In this document: positions 36,755 through 46,450 of the stretch, piece by piece
How positions within the stretch are numbered: the first letter of the stretch is position 1
Layout of the letters: each line of letters begins with the position of its first letter
Assembly (NCBI GenBank): GCA_015494465.1
Contig: WGBD01000007.1
Span: 3,009-67,008, forward strand
Reading direction: 5' to 3'
DNA from: Candidatus Omnitrophota bacterium
GTDB lineage: Bacteria; Omnitrophota; Gorgyraeia; S143-82
Length of the DNA stretch: 64,000 nucleotides
Notes under the pieces: generated by a model
The model's input: only the letters and a program-made list of their open reading frames with translations
What the model was told of the DNA's origin: nothing
Databases searched by the model: none
Translations under genes and position numbers: made by a program

Positions 36755-37479
36755 GATAGCACCACCTGCTCGTTCCGGTACAATTCTATGTCCCCAAAGG
36801 GGCTGGTCTGCCTTATCAGGACCTCACCCAGTCGCACCAACTCTAGGACCGCAAGGAATATGGCAACTATCTCCAGCCTGCTCCTGGCACGGGCAAACAG
36901 GGCATTTACTCGGATGTGCCTGTGATCCAGTAAAAGGTGGAGCAACTCGTGGATCTTCTCCTCTACGGTGTAGTGTTCCATCACTATCTCGTGGACTGCA
37001 CTTACATCGTTCACGCTGTGGAGGACCCGAGAAAAGGCGGTGAGGAGCTCGAATACATTGTTGGCGAGGACGATCTCGTCGGGTTCGAACACCTCGTCTA
37101 CTTCGGGAAAGACCCTCCGGGGAAACCAGTCCTGCCTCTCTTCCTCCCTCTCCCTGAAGTACTTGGCCAGCTCCTTGAAGAGCTGGTACTCTACTAGCCG
37201 GTCCACCAGCTCCTTGCGCGGGTCTTCCTGTTCCCCCTCCTCCTCTTGAGGTGTAGGGAGCAACATGCGCGACTTTATCTGCATAAGGGTGGCTGCCATT
37301 ACTAGATAATCACCCGCCACATTAATGTCCAGGGCTCGCATCATCTCTATGTACCGCAGGTATTGCTCGGTTATGTAGGCGATGGGTATGTCGTAGATGT
37401 TTATCTCGTTCTTCTTGATGAGGTAAAGCAGGAGGTCCAACGGCCCCTCAAATATGTCCAGCTTTACTTCGTAGGACAT
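36751..37479 (-). CDS. scpA: Segregation and condensation protein A (kleisin)
   Basis: 242 aa. N-terminal FEGPLDLLLYLIKKNEI is the ScpA signature. Confidence 0.88.
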   Translation of the reverse strand: MSYEVKLDIFEGPLDLLLYLIKKNEINIYDIPIAYITEQYLRYIEMMRALDINVAGDYLVMAATLMQIKSRMLLPTPQEEEGEQEDPRKELVDRLVEYQLFKELAKYFREREEERQDWFPRRVFPEVDEVFEPDEIVLANNVFELLTAFSRVLHSVNDVSAVHEIVMEHYTVEEKIHELLHLLLDHRHIRVNALFARARSRLEIVAIFLAVLELVRLGEVLIRQTSPFGDIELYRNEQVVLS

Positions 37480-37880
37480 AGCTCCTTGCGAATCCTGTCC
37501 AGGATACCGTTCACGAACTTATAGGCCTCTTCTTCGCCGTACTTCTTGGCCAACTCCACTGCCTCGTTGATCGAGACCTTAGGAGGGATGTCCTCCGCAA
37601 ACAACAACTCTGCAGTACCCAGCCTCAGTATGTTCCTGTCCACCACTGCCATCCTGTCCAACGGCCAGTTGGAGGCAAATTTGGATATCGCGGAATCGAT
37701 TTCTTCTCGATGTTCCTCTGCCAGGCGCAACAGGCGTCTAGCGAAGTCCAAGACCTCGGGATCGGGGAGTCCTTCTATGTTGATCACCGAATCGAGACAG
37801 TCCAGGGCAGAGGTGCCGTTTATGTCCGCGGTATAAAGGGCCTGCAAGGCGTATTCCCTGGCGAGGGTGCGCTTTCTCAT
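37464..37880 (-). CDS. nusB: Transcription antitermination factor NusB
   Basis: 138 aa. AREYALQALY N-terminus and a DRMAVVDRNILR-type motif. Confidence 0.9.
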   Translation of the reverse strand: MRKRTLAREYALQALYTADINGTSALDCLDSVINIEGLPDPEVLDFARRLLRLAEEHREEIDSAISKFASNWPLDRMAVVDRNILRLGTAELLFAEDIPPKVSINEAVELAKKYGEEEAYKFVNGILDRIRKELCPTK

Positions 37881-37886
37881 CGTGCC

Positions 37887-38342
37887 TTATCCAAGCGACT
37901 CCATCAGGTTCACCATCTCCACTGCGGTCCTGGCGGAATCCCGTCCCCGGTTGCCCAACTTACTGCCCGCCCTGTCCACCGCCTGGTCCATGGCATCCGC
38001 AGTGATCACCCCGTAGACGATCGGTTTCTCTAGCTCTAGGCTCGTCTGGGCGATACCCTTCGCGGTCTCTGCGGAGACGAAGTCGAAGTGAGGGGTCTCT
38101 CCCCTTATTATCACCGCCAGGCAGATCACTGCATCCGCCTTCCTAGCACACCGCTTGGCGACCAAGGGGATCTCGAAGGCCCCGGGGGTCCAGACCACCC
38201 TTATGTTCTCCTCTCTTACGCCTAAGCGCAGGAGCTCGTCTAGACAGCCCTCGAGGAGCATCCGAGTAAACAACTCGTTAAATCGGGAGACCACCACGCA
38301 GAACTTGGCCTGGCTATTGGAAAGCTTGACCTTTATCTCCTC
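37887..38342 (-). CDS. ribH: 6,7-dimethyl-8-ribityllumazine synthase
   Basis: Start at MEEIKV. The FCVVVSRFNE and GAFEIP motifs. The classic ribH-nusB pair. Confidence 0.9.
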   Translation of the reverse strand, partial: EEIKVKLSNSQAKFCVVVSRFNELFTRMLLEGCLDELLRLGVREENIRVVWTPGAFEIPLVAKRCARKADAVICLAVIIRGETPHFDFVSAETAKGIAQTSLELEKPIVYGVITADAMDQAVDRAGSKLGNRGRDSARTAVEMVNLMESLG

Positions 38343-38455
38343 CATAGCAACGCCTCCTTTCCCTGAACCCACGCATCTAATTTACCACACATCTTATTGA
38401 TTTTACTTCAACAAGACGGATATGGGAAATCGAAAATAGTCAGCAGGCCTTATCC

Positions 38456-39289
38456 CTAGAACGAGTAAACCCAATAAGGGAAGAGAAATCTAATTATGGC
38501 CTCACCTTTGAAAAGGCATATCACCGCCCCCAAGGCCAGTGCAGGACCGAAGGGGAGGGTATTGTCCTTGTAACGGATCAGCTGATAGATCCCGATAACA
38601 CTGCCGACGAAACAGCCCAGGAAGAAGGAAAGGATAGCGCACTTCCAACCCAAAAAGGCACCTATCATTGCCTGCAATTTTACATCGCCCCCTCCCATTG
38701 CCTCTTTCTTGAATATCCACTCCCCAATTATCCCCACGACATAGACCAGAGCCCCTCCAGCAAGGGCCCCCACGAAGGAGGCCCACAATCCCTGAAGGTG
38801 GGCCTGTTGACCGTGGAGCTGGGGATGAAGAAAGCTGATCACCAGGCCTAACAGCATCCCACCGAGGCTTACCTCATCGGGTATGATACGGTGCTCCACA
38901 TCCACCAGGCTCCCCACCAACAGGAGTGAGAAGAATAGGATAAACGCGAACATCTCAGGGGAAAGCCCCCAAAAGTAATAGCAAAAGACCCAGATGAATG
39001 CACTCGTCAGCTCCACCAAGGGGTACCTTTTGGGTATCCTGGCCCCGCAATACCTGCACCTCCCCTTCAAAAGGAGATAACTTAGGACCGGTATGTTGTC
39101 CTTCCAGGCCAAGGGATGCCTACAGGCAGGGCAATAAGACCCAGGGGTGATTATGTTGTTCTCCGGGGGCTCCTTTGGCCAGCGGTAAATGCAGACATTG
39201 AGGAAACTGCCCCAGATCAGTCCTATCACAGCGAAAAAGAGCATCCATCCCCAGTCAGGTACGGAAAGAAGTATCTCCTCAAACATCAT
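38456..39289 (-). CDS. pilD: Type IV prepilin leader peptidase (A24 family)
   Basis: N-terminal zinc-binding CPxC..C(R)xC region (CPACRHP..CRYCGARI). Catalytic Asp contexts (VDVEHRIIPD, GGGDVKL). About 8 TM helices. Start at MMFEEILL. Confidence 0.85.
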   Translation of the reverse strand: MMFEEILLSVPDWGWMLFFAVIGLIWGSFLNVCIYRWPKEPPENNIITPGSYCPACRHPLAWKDNIPVLSYLLLKGRCRYCGARIPKRYPLVELTSAFIWVFCYYFWGLSPEMFAFILFFSLLLVGSLVDVEHRIIPDEVSLGGMLLGLVISFLHPQLHGQQAHLQGLWASFVGALAGGALVYVVGIIGEWIFKKEAMGGGDVKLQAMIGAFLGWKCAILSFFLGCFVGSVIGIYQLIRYKDNTLPFGPALALGAVICLFKGEAIIRFLFPYWVYSF

Positions 39290-39660
39290 TGCCCCTCGTT
39301 GGCCTGCGACTCTTTCTGACTTTTCCTGGCTATCAGAAACGACTCCACTAAAGCCCAAAAGAAGATCACCGTAAACAGGACCCCCCACAAAAACACCCGC
39401 CGCAGGACCGAGAACATGTCGACATCGAGGTCCATTCCCCCGCCGTTCAATAGGACGCTGGGATCGGAGAACACCGCGGAGTAAAATTCCCAGGCTATCC
39501 GCAGGGGCTCACTCATCCCCCAGAGGGAGACTAGGGCAATACCTATGAAGATCAGGCCTTTCAACCACCTACCGAGGTAAAGATGACCCAGCCCCGGACA
39601 CACAAGGCTGAGGGTAACCGCGTAGAGCTTACTCTTCTTCCTTCCCGTCCTTCTTGCCAC
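39286..39660 (-). CDS. Small membrane protein (TM2-domain-like), hypothetical
   Basis: 124 aa. CPGLGHLYLGRWLKG resembles the TM2 motif. Two or three TM segments. Confidence 0.4.
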   Translation of the reverse strand: MARRTGRKKSKLYAVTLSLVCPGLGHLYLGRWLKGLIFIGIALVSLWGMSEPLRIAWEFYSAVFSDPSVLLNGGGMDLDVDMFSVLRRVFLWGVLFTVIFFWALVESFLIARKSQKESQANEGQ

Positions 39661-40384
39661 CTAGCACCTCTTCTTTCAAGGGATACCGCCCACAAGAGAA
39701 CTCCCCTTCCGGGCAGTAGCCCAATAACTCACACTTGGGTCCTACTGGCTCGAACACCACTGGCAGAACCGCCCTAACCAATTCCAGCATCTTGTAGGCC
39801 AAGGCCCTTATCTCCCACTGGGCCCGGGTACAACAGCGTTGGGCGAAGAAGTGGATGAGCTCCCGGGTGTTCATCGTTAGCACCAACTTGGTCTCGCAGG
39901 CATTGGGTAGGATGTAACGGGCGTCCTGATACACGCTTTCACCCTTTGCCCCGTATTCCTGTTCCAGGATAGCGATCAGTTCCTGATAGGCGGTCTCGAT
40001 ACTGCTGATCACATCCAGGAAGCGTTTTCTGGCGGTATCCACCTTCTCAATGCTTGGAGGGATGACAAACGGCAGGTCCTTTAGCTCTACATAACGCTGG
40101 CTCTGCTGGGAGTAGGAGGCTATCCTGTGCCTCACCAACTGATGAGAACAGGCCCGAGATATCCCCTCCACTGCAAAGGTGAAGCTCACATGCTCCAACG
40201 GGCTCTCGTGCCCCGAGCTCACCACCTTGCGCACCAATGCCTCCTTCTTTTCCACCGGGATGGCCTTTAGATCCACATCCGCTATGCTACCCTTGTAATA
40301 GCACTGTCTACAGGCGAGGTAGATGACATCCAAAGGGAATGGGGTGTGGGAAAGGAGCTCGACCTTAAGGGTTCGCCTCTGCAT
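39629..40384 (-). CDS. thyX: FAD-dependent thymidylate synthase
   Basis: The ThyX signature RHRIASYSQQSQRY. Confidence 0.92.
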   Translation of the reverse strand: MQRRTLKVELLSHTPFPLDVIYLACRQCYYKGSIADVDLKAIPVEKKEALVRKVVSSGHESPLEHVSFTFAVEGISRACSHQLVRHRIASYSQQSQRYVELKDLPFVIPPSIEKVDTARKRFLDVISSIETAYQELIAILEQEYGAKGESVYQDARYILPNACETKLVLTMNTRELIHFFAQRCCTRAQWEIRALAYKMLELVRAVLPVVFEPVGPKCELLGYCPEGEFSCGRYPLKEEVLGGKKDGKEEE

Positions 40385-41336
40385 ACTCGTAAGCACCTAT
40401 GTTTCGATAGCGTTCGTACCTCTTCCTCAGGAGCTCGTCTATGGGGAGGGAACACTTTTCCTTCAAGTCCTTATCCATGTGCTCCGCAAGTATCCTACCC
40501 GCCTCTTCGGGATAGCGATGGGCCCCTCCTAATGGCTCCGGTATCACCTCGTCTATTATCCCGTAGTGGAGAAGATCGTGGGCGGTCAACTTCAGGGCCT
40601 CAGCAGCCGACTCCACCCCTTCTCCGCCCTTCCAGAGTATCGCAGCGCAACCCTCAGGGGAGATAACCGAGTAATACGCGTTTTCCATCACCGAGACCTT
40701 ATCCCCCACACCGATACCAAGTGCTCCCCCGCTACCACCCTCACCTATCACATAGACTAGTATGGGCGTGCGGATAAAGAACATGTCCCGTATGTTTTCC
40801 GCTATCGCGTGGGCCTGTCCCCGCTCTTCAGCACCTATGCCCGGATAGGCCCCAGGGGTATCTATAAACACGATAACCGGCAGGCCCGCCTTCTCTGCCA
40901 ACCTCATCAACCTCATTGCTTTTCTGTAACCCTCCGGGTGGGCACACCCGAAGTTGCGGTAGATGTTCTCCTTTAGGTTCCTGCCCTTCTGGTGCCCTAT
41001 CACCATCACATATCGCTCTCTGAACCTGGCGATCCCGCCTATTATGGCCTTGTCGTCTGAGAACAACCTGTCACCGTGCAACTCTACGAACCCCTCCATA
41101 AGCATGTTTATGTAATCCAAGGTGTAAGGGCGATCGGGATGGCGGGCGAACTGGACCCTCTGCCAGGCAGTTAGGTTGGAGTAGACCTTCTTCTTCATCT
41201 CCTCCAACCTGCGCTCCATGTGCCGGATCTCCTCCTGAAGGTCAACCTGCTTGTTGTGGGCAAAACGGCGCAACTCCTCTATCTTCTTCTCCAACTCAAC
41301 TATGGGCCTTTCCACATCCAATATCACCTTCATCAC
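40365..41336 (-). CDS. accA: Acetyl-CoA carboxylase carboxyltransferase alpha subunit
   Basis: 323 aa. Motifs PDRPYTLDY, VIGHQKGR and TPGAYPGIGAEERGQ. Confidence 0.92.
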   Translation of the reverse strand: MMKVILDVERPIVELEKKIEELRRFAHNKQVDLQEEIRHMERRLEEMKKKVYSNLTAWQRVQFARHPDRPYTLDYINMLMEGFVELHGDRLFSDDKAIIGGIARFRERYVMVIGHQKGRNLKENIYRNFGCAHPEGYRKAMRLMRLAEKAGLPVIVFIDTPGAYPGIGAEERGQAHAIAENIRDMFFIRTPILVYVIGEGGSGGALGIGVGDKVSVMENAYYSVISPEGCAAILWKGGEGVESAAEALKLTAHDLLHYGIIDEVIPEPLGGAHRYPEEAGRILAEHMDKDLKEKCSLPIDELLRKRYERYRNIGAYEYAEANP

Positions 41337-42241
41337 TTCACCACCTTGACCTCAGTCCCCTTAGGGACTATAGCAAACAGCTCCTCCACATCCTCGTTGC
41401 GCATCCTCACACAGCCGTTGGTCTCGTAAGTGCCTATGGTCTCTGGGGAGGTGGTGCCGTGTATACCGTAGGAGCCGTTCCCGTAGTCAAAACCCATCCA
41501 ACGACTACCTAATATGTTCTCGGGATCGCCTGGGGGTATCGCTTTGCCGTCGTGGAAGAAGGTGGGATCCTTGAGTTTGGTCACTATCTTGAAGGTGCCT
41601 TCGGGGGTGAGGTCGTTCTTACCGGTAGAGACCTTGTAGGTCTTTATCAACCTCCCATTGGCGTACAACCTCAACTCGTTTTGGGACTTGTCCACCACTA
41701 TAGAGAACTTCCCGGTGTATATGCTCAACCTCTGCCCTGGCTTTATGATGTCGGAGGTTAGGTGATTGCGCAGCTTGATGAACTCGACGGTGGTGTTAAA
41801 ACGCTTGGCTATCCCGTAAAGGGTGTCCCCGGGTTTGACCACATACTCGACGGTCTCCCCCTCGATCTGCACAGGGTTGGTAATCATCGCGAAGTCTATC
41901 TCCTGAAGGAGCCGTCCTGCGGATTCCAGGAGCTCCTGGTCCTGGGCAGAGTTGAGGACACCTTCCACGATCTGCCGAGCAGATAGGTAGTGGCCTTCTT
42001 TAAACTGCCTCCTAGCCTCCTCTAGTTTGGCCCCGAGGGCCCGTTCTCCTTGAGAATCAGTACCTTTCTCCCGTTGGAGGCCCGCCTCCACGCGGGGGCT
42101 ACCCTTAGGAGAAGGCGTCTCGTTACCCGACCTAACGACAAAGAGCAGTAGCAAGAGGAGAATCGCCCCCCCTACCCAAAACGGCCACTTTATCCTCTTC
42201 CAGTCTATCCTTGCCACATCACACCCCCCAGTAATGGGCAC
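41333..42241 (-). CDS. L,D-transpeptidase (YkuD domain) with LysM domain
   Basis: LysM YVVKPGDTLYGIAKRF. Catalytic HGT..(T)NGCVRM motif. N-terminal TM anchor. Confidence 0.85.
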   Translation of the reverse strand: MPITGGCDVARIDWKRIKWPFWVGGAILLLLLLFVVRSGNETPSPKGSPRVEAGLQREKGTDSQGERALGAKLEEARRQFKEGHYLSARQIVEGVLNSAQDQELLESAGRLLQEIDFAMITNPVQIEGETVEYVVKPGDTLYGIAKRFNTTVEFIKLRNHLTSDIIKPGQRLSIYTGKFSIVVDKSQNELRLYANGRLIKTYKVSTGKNDLTPEGTFKIVTKLKDPTFFHDGKAIPPGDPENILGSRWMGFDYGNGSYGIHGTTSPETIGTYETNGCVRMRNEDVEELFAIVPKGTEVKVVK

Positions 42242-42680
42242 ACACCAGCGCGGTACTCACACCTATCAAGAAACCTACGAACACCTCGAACGGCGTATGG
42301 CCCAACAGTTCCCACAATCTCCCTTCCGATATCTTTCCGCTGAGGTACAACTCGTCCATTATCTTATTGAGAATCGCTGCCTGTTTCCCCGCAGCCCTGC
42401 GCACACCCTGAGCGTCGAACATGGTGAGAAAGGCTACCACGAAGGCTATGGCAAAGTAGGTGGAATCCCATCCGTGTTTAAGCCCCACAGCAGTGGCAAA
42501 GCAGGAAACCCCAGAAGAATGGGCGCTAGGCATACCTCCGGTCCCCACGAACCAACGAAAGTCGAACCTGCGCTCCCTTATAATTCCCCAGATGACCTTC
42601 AGGCTCTGGCCTACTGCCCAACCAACAAAGCCTATCCAAAATACCTTGTTATGCAAAAACCCTTGGAAGAACTCCTGCAT
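42219..42680 (-). CDS. Divergent PAP2-family membrane protein (YuiD/DUF212-like)
   Basis: 153 aa. GGMPSAHSSG, the acid-phosphatase-like motif of the divergent PAP2 family. Confidence 0.6.
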   Translation of the reverse strand: MQEFFQGFLHNKVFWIGFVGWAVGQSLKVIWGIIRERRFDFRWFVGTGGMPSAHSSGVSCFATAVGLKHGWDSTYFAIAFVVAFLTMFDAQGVRRAAGKQAAILNKIMDELYLSGKISEGRLWELLGHTPFEVFVGFLIGVSTALVCAHYWGV

Positions 42681-42682
42681 AT

Positions 42683-43402
42683 TTATTCAAAAACCGGGAT
42701 CACTTCAACGGAGATGTCGCTCTCTACCTGAGAACCCAGCGTAGGCCTTCCGTTGTAGATGACATACCCTCGGTTGCCCTTTATGTGCTTCCGGGCCTCT
42801 TCCCTCTGGCGCTTCCTCTCCAGGTAAAGCCGTAAGCGCAGATCCCTCATCGCCTGCTTCAGCTTGTCCATGGAATTGAGAGTCCCCTGGAGTTCCTTAA
42901 CCTTGGACTTTAACACCCTGTTCTCCAGCTTGACCGCAGAAAGCTGACCCTCCAACGCCTGGAGCCGGGCCTGGAGCTCGCGCTTCTCCTGGCCAGCGTA
43001 GTTCAGCTGTTTGGTGAGCATCACGATCTTCTCGTCCTTTTGCTCGAGCTGGGTCTTCAGGTCCGCATTTTCCCTAGTAATCTTCTGGTACACCTGTTCT
43101 ATCCTCTCCACCCTCTCCAGTAACTCCGCGTACTTGCGTTCCAACTCGTCCTTCTCCTGTTTGAGGAGTTCTAATTCCTCGTTCGTCTTCTCCTCAGTAG
43201 ATCCTCCTTTGGGAGTCGGTGCCTCTTCCGGACCGGACTCTACCTGCGAGTTGGGCCCAGTCTGGGGGGCGTAGTTGACCTCGAGCATCCCCGTGTCACT
43301 TAACACCTGGTAGGTGTGCACTTTCCACCACTGATAGAAAAACAACCCCCAGCCAGACAGCGTCAACACGAACACCAAAAATATTCCGACGCCCCGCCAC
43401 AT
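42683..43402 (-). CDS. Membrane-anchored coiled-coil protein, hypothetical
   Basis: 239 aa. One N-terminal TM helix, then about 120 aa of heptad-rich E/K/L sequence. Confidence 0.45.
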   Translation of the reverse strand: MWRGVGIFLVFVLTLSGWGLFFYQWWKVHTYQVLSDTGMLEVNYAPQTGPNSQVESGPEEAPTPKGGSTEEKTNEELELLKQEKDELERKYAELLERVERIEQVYQKITRENADLKTQLEQKDEKIVMLTKQLNYAGQEKRELQARLQALEGQLSAVKLENRVLKSKVKELQGTLNSMDKLKQAMRDLRLRLYLERKRQREEARKHIKGNRGYVIYNGRPTLGSQVESDISVEVIPVFE

Positions 43403-43519
43403 AACCGCCTCCTTGCCTAAGGACTTTAGGCCCTCTCCCCCCTCTGGCCCAATAATTATACCTCAAACCGCTTCACATTGAAAATGTTAAGAATCAAGAT
43501 CAGTACGCTTGACCCTAGA

Positions 43520-44056
43520 CTACTTTTTCTCGCCCTCGTCGGTCAAGTATACCAATCTATTTGGTCTAAGGTGAAAGCGAGGGAGGAACAGCTTTTTGAA
43601 GACGAAGGTATATATCTGAGACGGCAGTACATACAAGTACCTGCTCACCCTCCCGTTCTCCACCGACTTCACCGCAAAGTCCCAAGGGGCCAGGTATATC
43701 CAGAACATAAACATCGATGCCGTCAAGACCCCGGTGATCAGGGAGAGCAATGCGGAGAATAGCCTCTCTAGACCGAACGCAGAGGAGCTGACGAAGAAAA
43801 AGACCAACAGCTCTCTGAATATCCTGGCCACCAGCATGGAGCCAACCAACAACATACCCACGCTGACGAAGTCACCGAACTCGGTAGGGAGCACGGAGAA
43901 CCGCGCCTTTATGGCGTCGGTCACCTCAGGATACGAGTGGAGAACGAGCATGAGTATAACGAAGATGGCCACCACATTGTAAACCGCCACCAACAGCCCC
44001 CGTTTGATCCCACCCAATACCGCCAAGAGGATCAACAATATAACGAAGATGTCCAT
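43520..44056 (-). CDS. cvpA: CvpA-family membrane protein
   Basis: Four TM helices with CvpA-like topology. The family call is moderate. Confidence 0.55.
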   Translation of the reverse strand: MDIFVILLILLAVLGGIKRGLLVAVYNVVAIFVILMLVLHSYPEVTDAIKARFSVLPTEFGDFVSVGMLLVGSMLVARIFRELLVFFFVSSSAFGLERLFSALLSLITGVLTASMFMFWIYLAPWDFAVKSVENGRVSRYLYVLPSQIYTFVFKKLFLPRFHLRPNRLVYLTDEGEKK

Positions 44057-44074
44057 CACTACCCCGCCCATGCC

Positions 44075-44635
44075 TCACCTCCTCAAAAGAAGACTCAATA
44101 CCTCGTTACGGGACTTCGCGTTCTCCCGAAATATTCCCCTCACCGCACTGGTCACGACCGTAGCACCCGGTTTGCGCACCCCCCTCATACTCATGCAGAG
44201 GTGCTCTGCCTCGACTATCACCATCACCCCTAACGGATCGAGTCGCCGGGAAATGACATCGGCTATCTGGGTGGTAAGCCTCTCCTGGATCTGCAGTCTG
44301 CGGGATAGGACCTCCACTACCTTGACCAACTTACTGAGCCCTGCAATCCTCCCGTGCTTGGGTAGATAGGCGAGGTGCACCTTCCCGAAGAAGGGTAAGA
44401 TGTGGTGTTCGCAGAGGGAGTGGAAGTCTATCTCCCGAACGAGTATGATCTCGTCGTGGCGCTCTTCTAGGGCAGTGGTCAACCCCTCCCCCGGATCTTG
44501 CCCCATCCCTGACAACAGTTCCTCGTACAGCTCCGCTACCCGTTCAGGGGTACGCACCAGGTCCGGGCGCTCTGGATCCTCTCCCAGGGCCTTTAGGAGT
44601 TCGCGTACTAGATAGACGACCCTCTCTTTATCCAT
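44075..44635 (-). CDS. folE: GTP cyclohydrolase I
   Basis: Start at MDKERV after GAGAGAGG. Motifs HSLCEHHILPF, RLQIQERLT and the Cys/His zinc site. Confidence 0.9.
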   Translation of the reverse strand: MDKERVVYLVRELLKALGEDPERPDLVRTPERVAELYEELLSGMGQDPGEGLTTALEERHDEIILVREIDFHSLCEHHILPFFGKVHLAYLPKHGRIAGLSKLVKVVEVLSRRLQIQERLTTQIADVISRRLDPLGVMVIVEAEHLCMSMRGVRKPGATVVTSAVRGIFRENAKSRNEVLSLLLRR

Positions 44636-44648
44636 ATCAGATCCTCTC

Positions 44649-45623
44649 TCAGACCAACAACAGCCCAAGATCCACTGCCAGTTCGGGCAGGAATGGGCGG
44701 ATGTCCACCTCTTGGTCCTCACAGACGATTCTAGACTCCGACAGGGAAAAGAGCTCTACATCCATGTTCAGCCTGTCACTAACCACATCCAACAACCCCT
44801 TCAACTTGGCCCCTCCACCTACCAGCAAGAGCTTCTCCGGGATCTCGCCAAACTGGCTCTCGTAAAAGTCTACGGAGATAAAGACCTCGTTACACAAAGA
44901 GGTTATCACCCTGTTGGCCAACGAGATCACATCCGCCACCGCGTTTTCTCCCTTCTTTATCGCCTCCGCGGTGTCCAACGGGACATCCAACCTCTCTTTT
45001 ATAAACAAGTCTATGTCGTAACTGCCCAGCTTCACATATCGCACGAAGCTTATCTTCCCCTCCTTCAGGATCATTATCTTGGTATGTCGAGCTCCCATGT
45101 CCACCACGCACAGGGGTTGGGAGTAGAGGGGGTAAAGGTAAGACATGAGGTTGGCCAACACCAAAGAGTCTACGGAGATAAACCGAGTGCGAAATCCTAT
45201 CTCCCTGACGATCGTCTCAACCTCGTCTAAATAGCCCTTGCGCACGCCTACTAATAAGACCGGCTCCTCCACCACCGCAGTGCGAGAAAAGACCATCGGC
45301 TCTACGACGACCTGCCCTACGGAGGGGGAGATGTACTTCTTGGACTCGGAAGCAACCACTGATTCCAATCTTTTCACCGGGACATTGGGGAACATAGCGT
45401 ACCTGAAGATGGCATAGGCACTGGGAATGGCTATGTGGAGCCAGCCCCTGTGGATGTCCAGCTCCCAAAGGGCCTCTTTGAGGGCAGAAACTATGTGCTT
45501 CAGGGGATTGAGGTGGGTTTCGTAGGGCTGGATGATAAAGTCCTCGACTACGAACTTCCCTCTACGCTTTTCTCCTATCAGGACCTTGACCGCCGAGGAT
45601 CCCAGATCAACGCATATCCTCAT
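44649..45623 (-). CDS. pilM: Actin-like ATPase, type IV pilus assembly protein PilM-like (orphan)
   Basis: 324 aa. N-terminal ICVDLGSSAVKVL and DMGARHTKI phosphate-binding loops of the ASKHA fold. The LLVGGGAKLKGL adenosine motif. Confidence 0.6.
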   Translation of the reverse strand: MRICVDLGSSAVKVLIGEKRRGKFVVEDFIIQPYETHLNPLKHIVSALKEALWELDIHRGWLHIAIPSAYAIFRYAMFPNVPVKRLESVVASESKKYISPSVGQVVVEPMVFSRTAVVEEPVLLVGVRKGYLDEVETIVREIGFRTRFISVDSLVLANLMSYLYPLYSQPLCVVDMGARHTKIMILKEGKISFVRYVKLGSYDIDLFIKERLDVPLDTAEAIKKGENAVADVISLANRVITSLCNEVFISVDFYESQFGEIPEKLLLVGGGAKLKGLLDVVSDRLNMDVELFSLSESRIVCEDQEVDIRPFLPELAVDLGLLLV

Positions 45624-46446
45624 CCATCCCCCCCACCAGGCTACTCCTCACCAACGGGCCCACCCACACCTGGGTAAAACCCACCTCTAGAGCCAGTTCG
45701 TATATCTTTTCGAACTCCCCCAAGGAATAGCACTTCTCAACAGGAGCGCTATCCCTTCGAGGAGGCAGGTATTGTCCAACGCAGAGCAGGCTACAACCGG
45801 TCCTGCGAACATCCCTAAAAAGGGATTCCAACTCCCAAAGCTCCTCCCCCAGTCCTAGCATCACTGCGGTCTTCACCCTAGGTCCCCGGGCTGAGACCAG
45901 GAGCTCTAAGACCCTCAAAGAGCGCTCGTAAGAGGCCATAGGGCGAATAGAGGGATAGAGTCTAGGGACCGTTTCGATGTTATGGCCTACGAGCTCCACA
46001 TCGAGATGCGCCACCTTCTCGATAGCCTCTTTTCTCCCCCCAAAGTCAGGGATTAACAACTCTATTTTAAGATAGGGAAAGCTCTGCTTCAAGGAGTTAA
46101 CCACATCACAAAAGTGCCTTGCCCCTCCGTCGGGCAGATCGTCCCTGGTTACCGAGGTGATCACCAAGGAGCGAATACCCGCCTTGGCGATCAATTCCCG
46201 CAACCTCTCTATCTCTCCTCGAAAGTCCTCCCCTTTGGCGGCCTTCTCTACCCCACAAAACCTGCAGTTCCTTGTGCACACGCTCCCCAATATCAGGACC
46301 GAGACCTGCCTCTGGGAAAAGCAGAGCCCACGATTGGGACACCTCCCCGAGGTGCAAATGGTCTCTATCCCAAGTCCCTTCAATTCCGAGTAGAACCCCA
46401 CCGCCTGGTGGGAAAGCCTAGCCTTGGGGAACACGAAAGCGGACAT
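45607..46446 (-). CDS. lipA: Lipoyl synthase
   Basis: Radical SAM CTRNCRFC plus the N-terminal Cys cluster CTSGRCPNRGLC. Confidence 0.9.
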   Translation of the reverse strand: MSAFVFPKARLSHQAVGFYSELKGLGIETICTSGRCPNRGLCFSQRQVSVLILGSVCTRNCRFCGVEKAAKGEDFRGEIERLRELIAKAGIRSLVITSVTRDDLPDGGARHFCDVVNSLKQSFPYLKIELLIPDFGGRKEAIEKVAHLDVELVGHNIETVPRLYPSIRPMASYERSLRVLELLVSARGPRVKTAVMLGLGEELWELESLFRDVRRTGCSLLCVGQYLPPRRDSAPVEKCYSLGEFEKIYELALEVGFTQVWVGPLVRSSLVGGMDEDMR

Positions 46447-46450
46447 CTGC

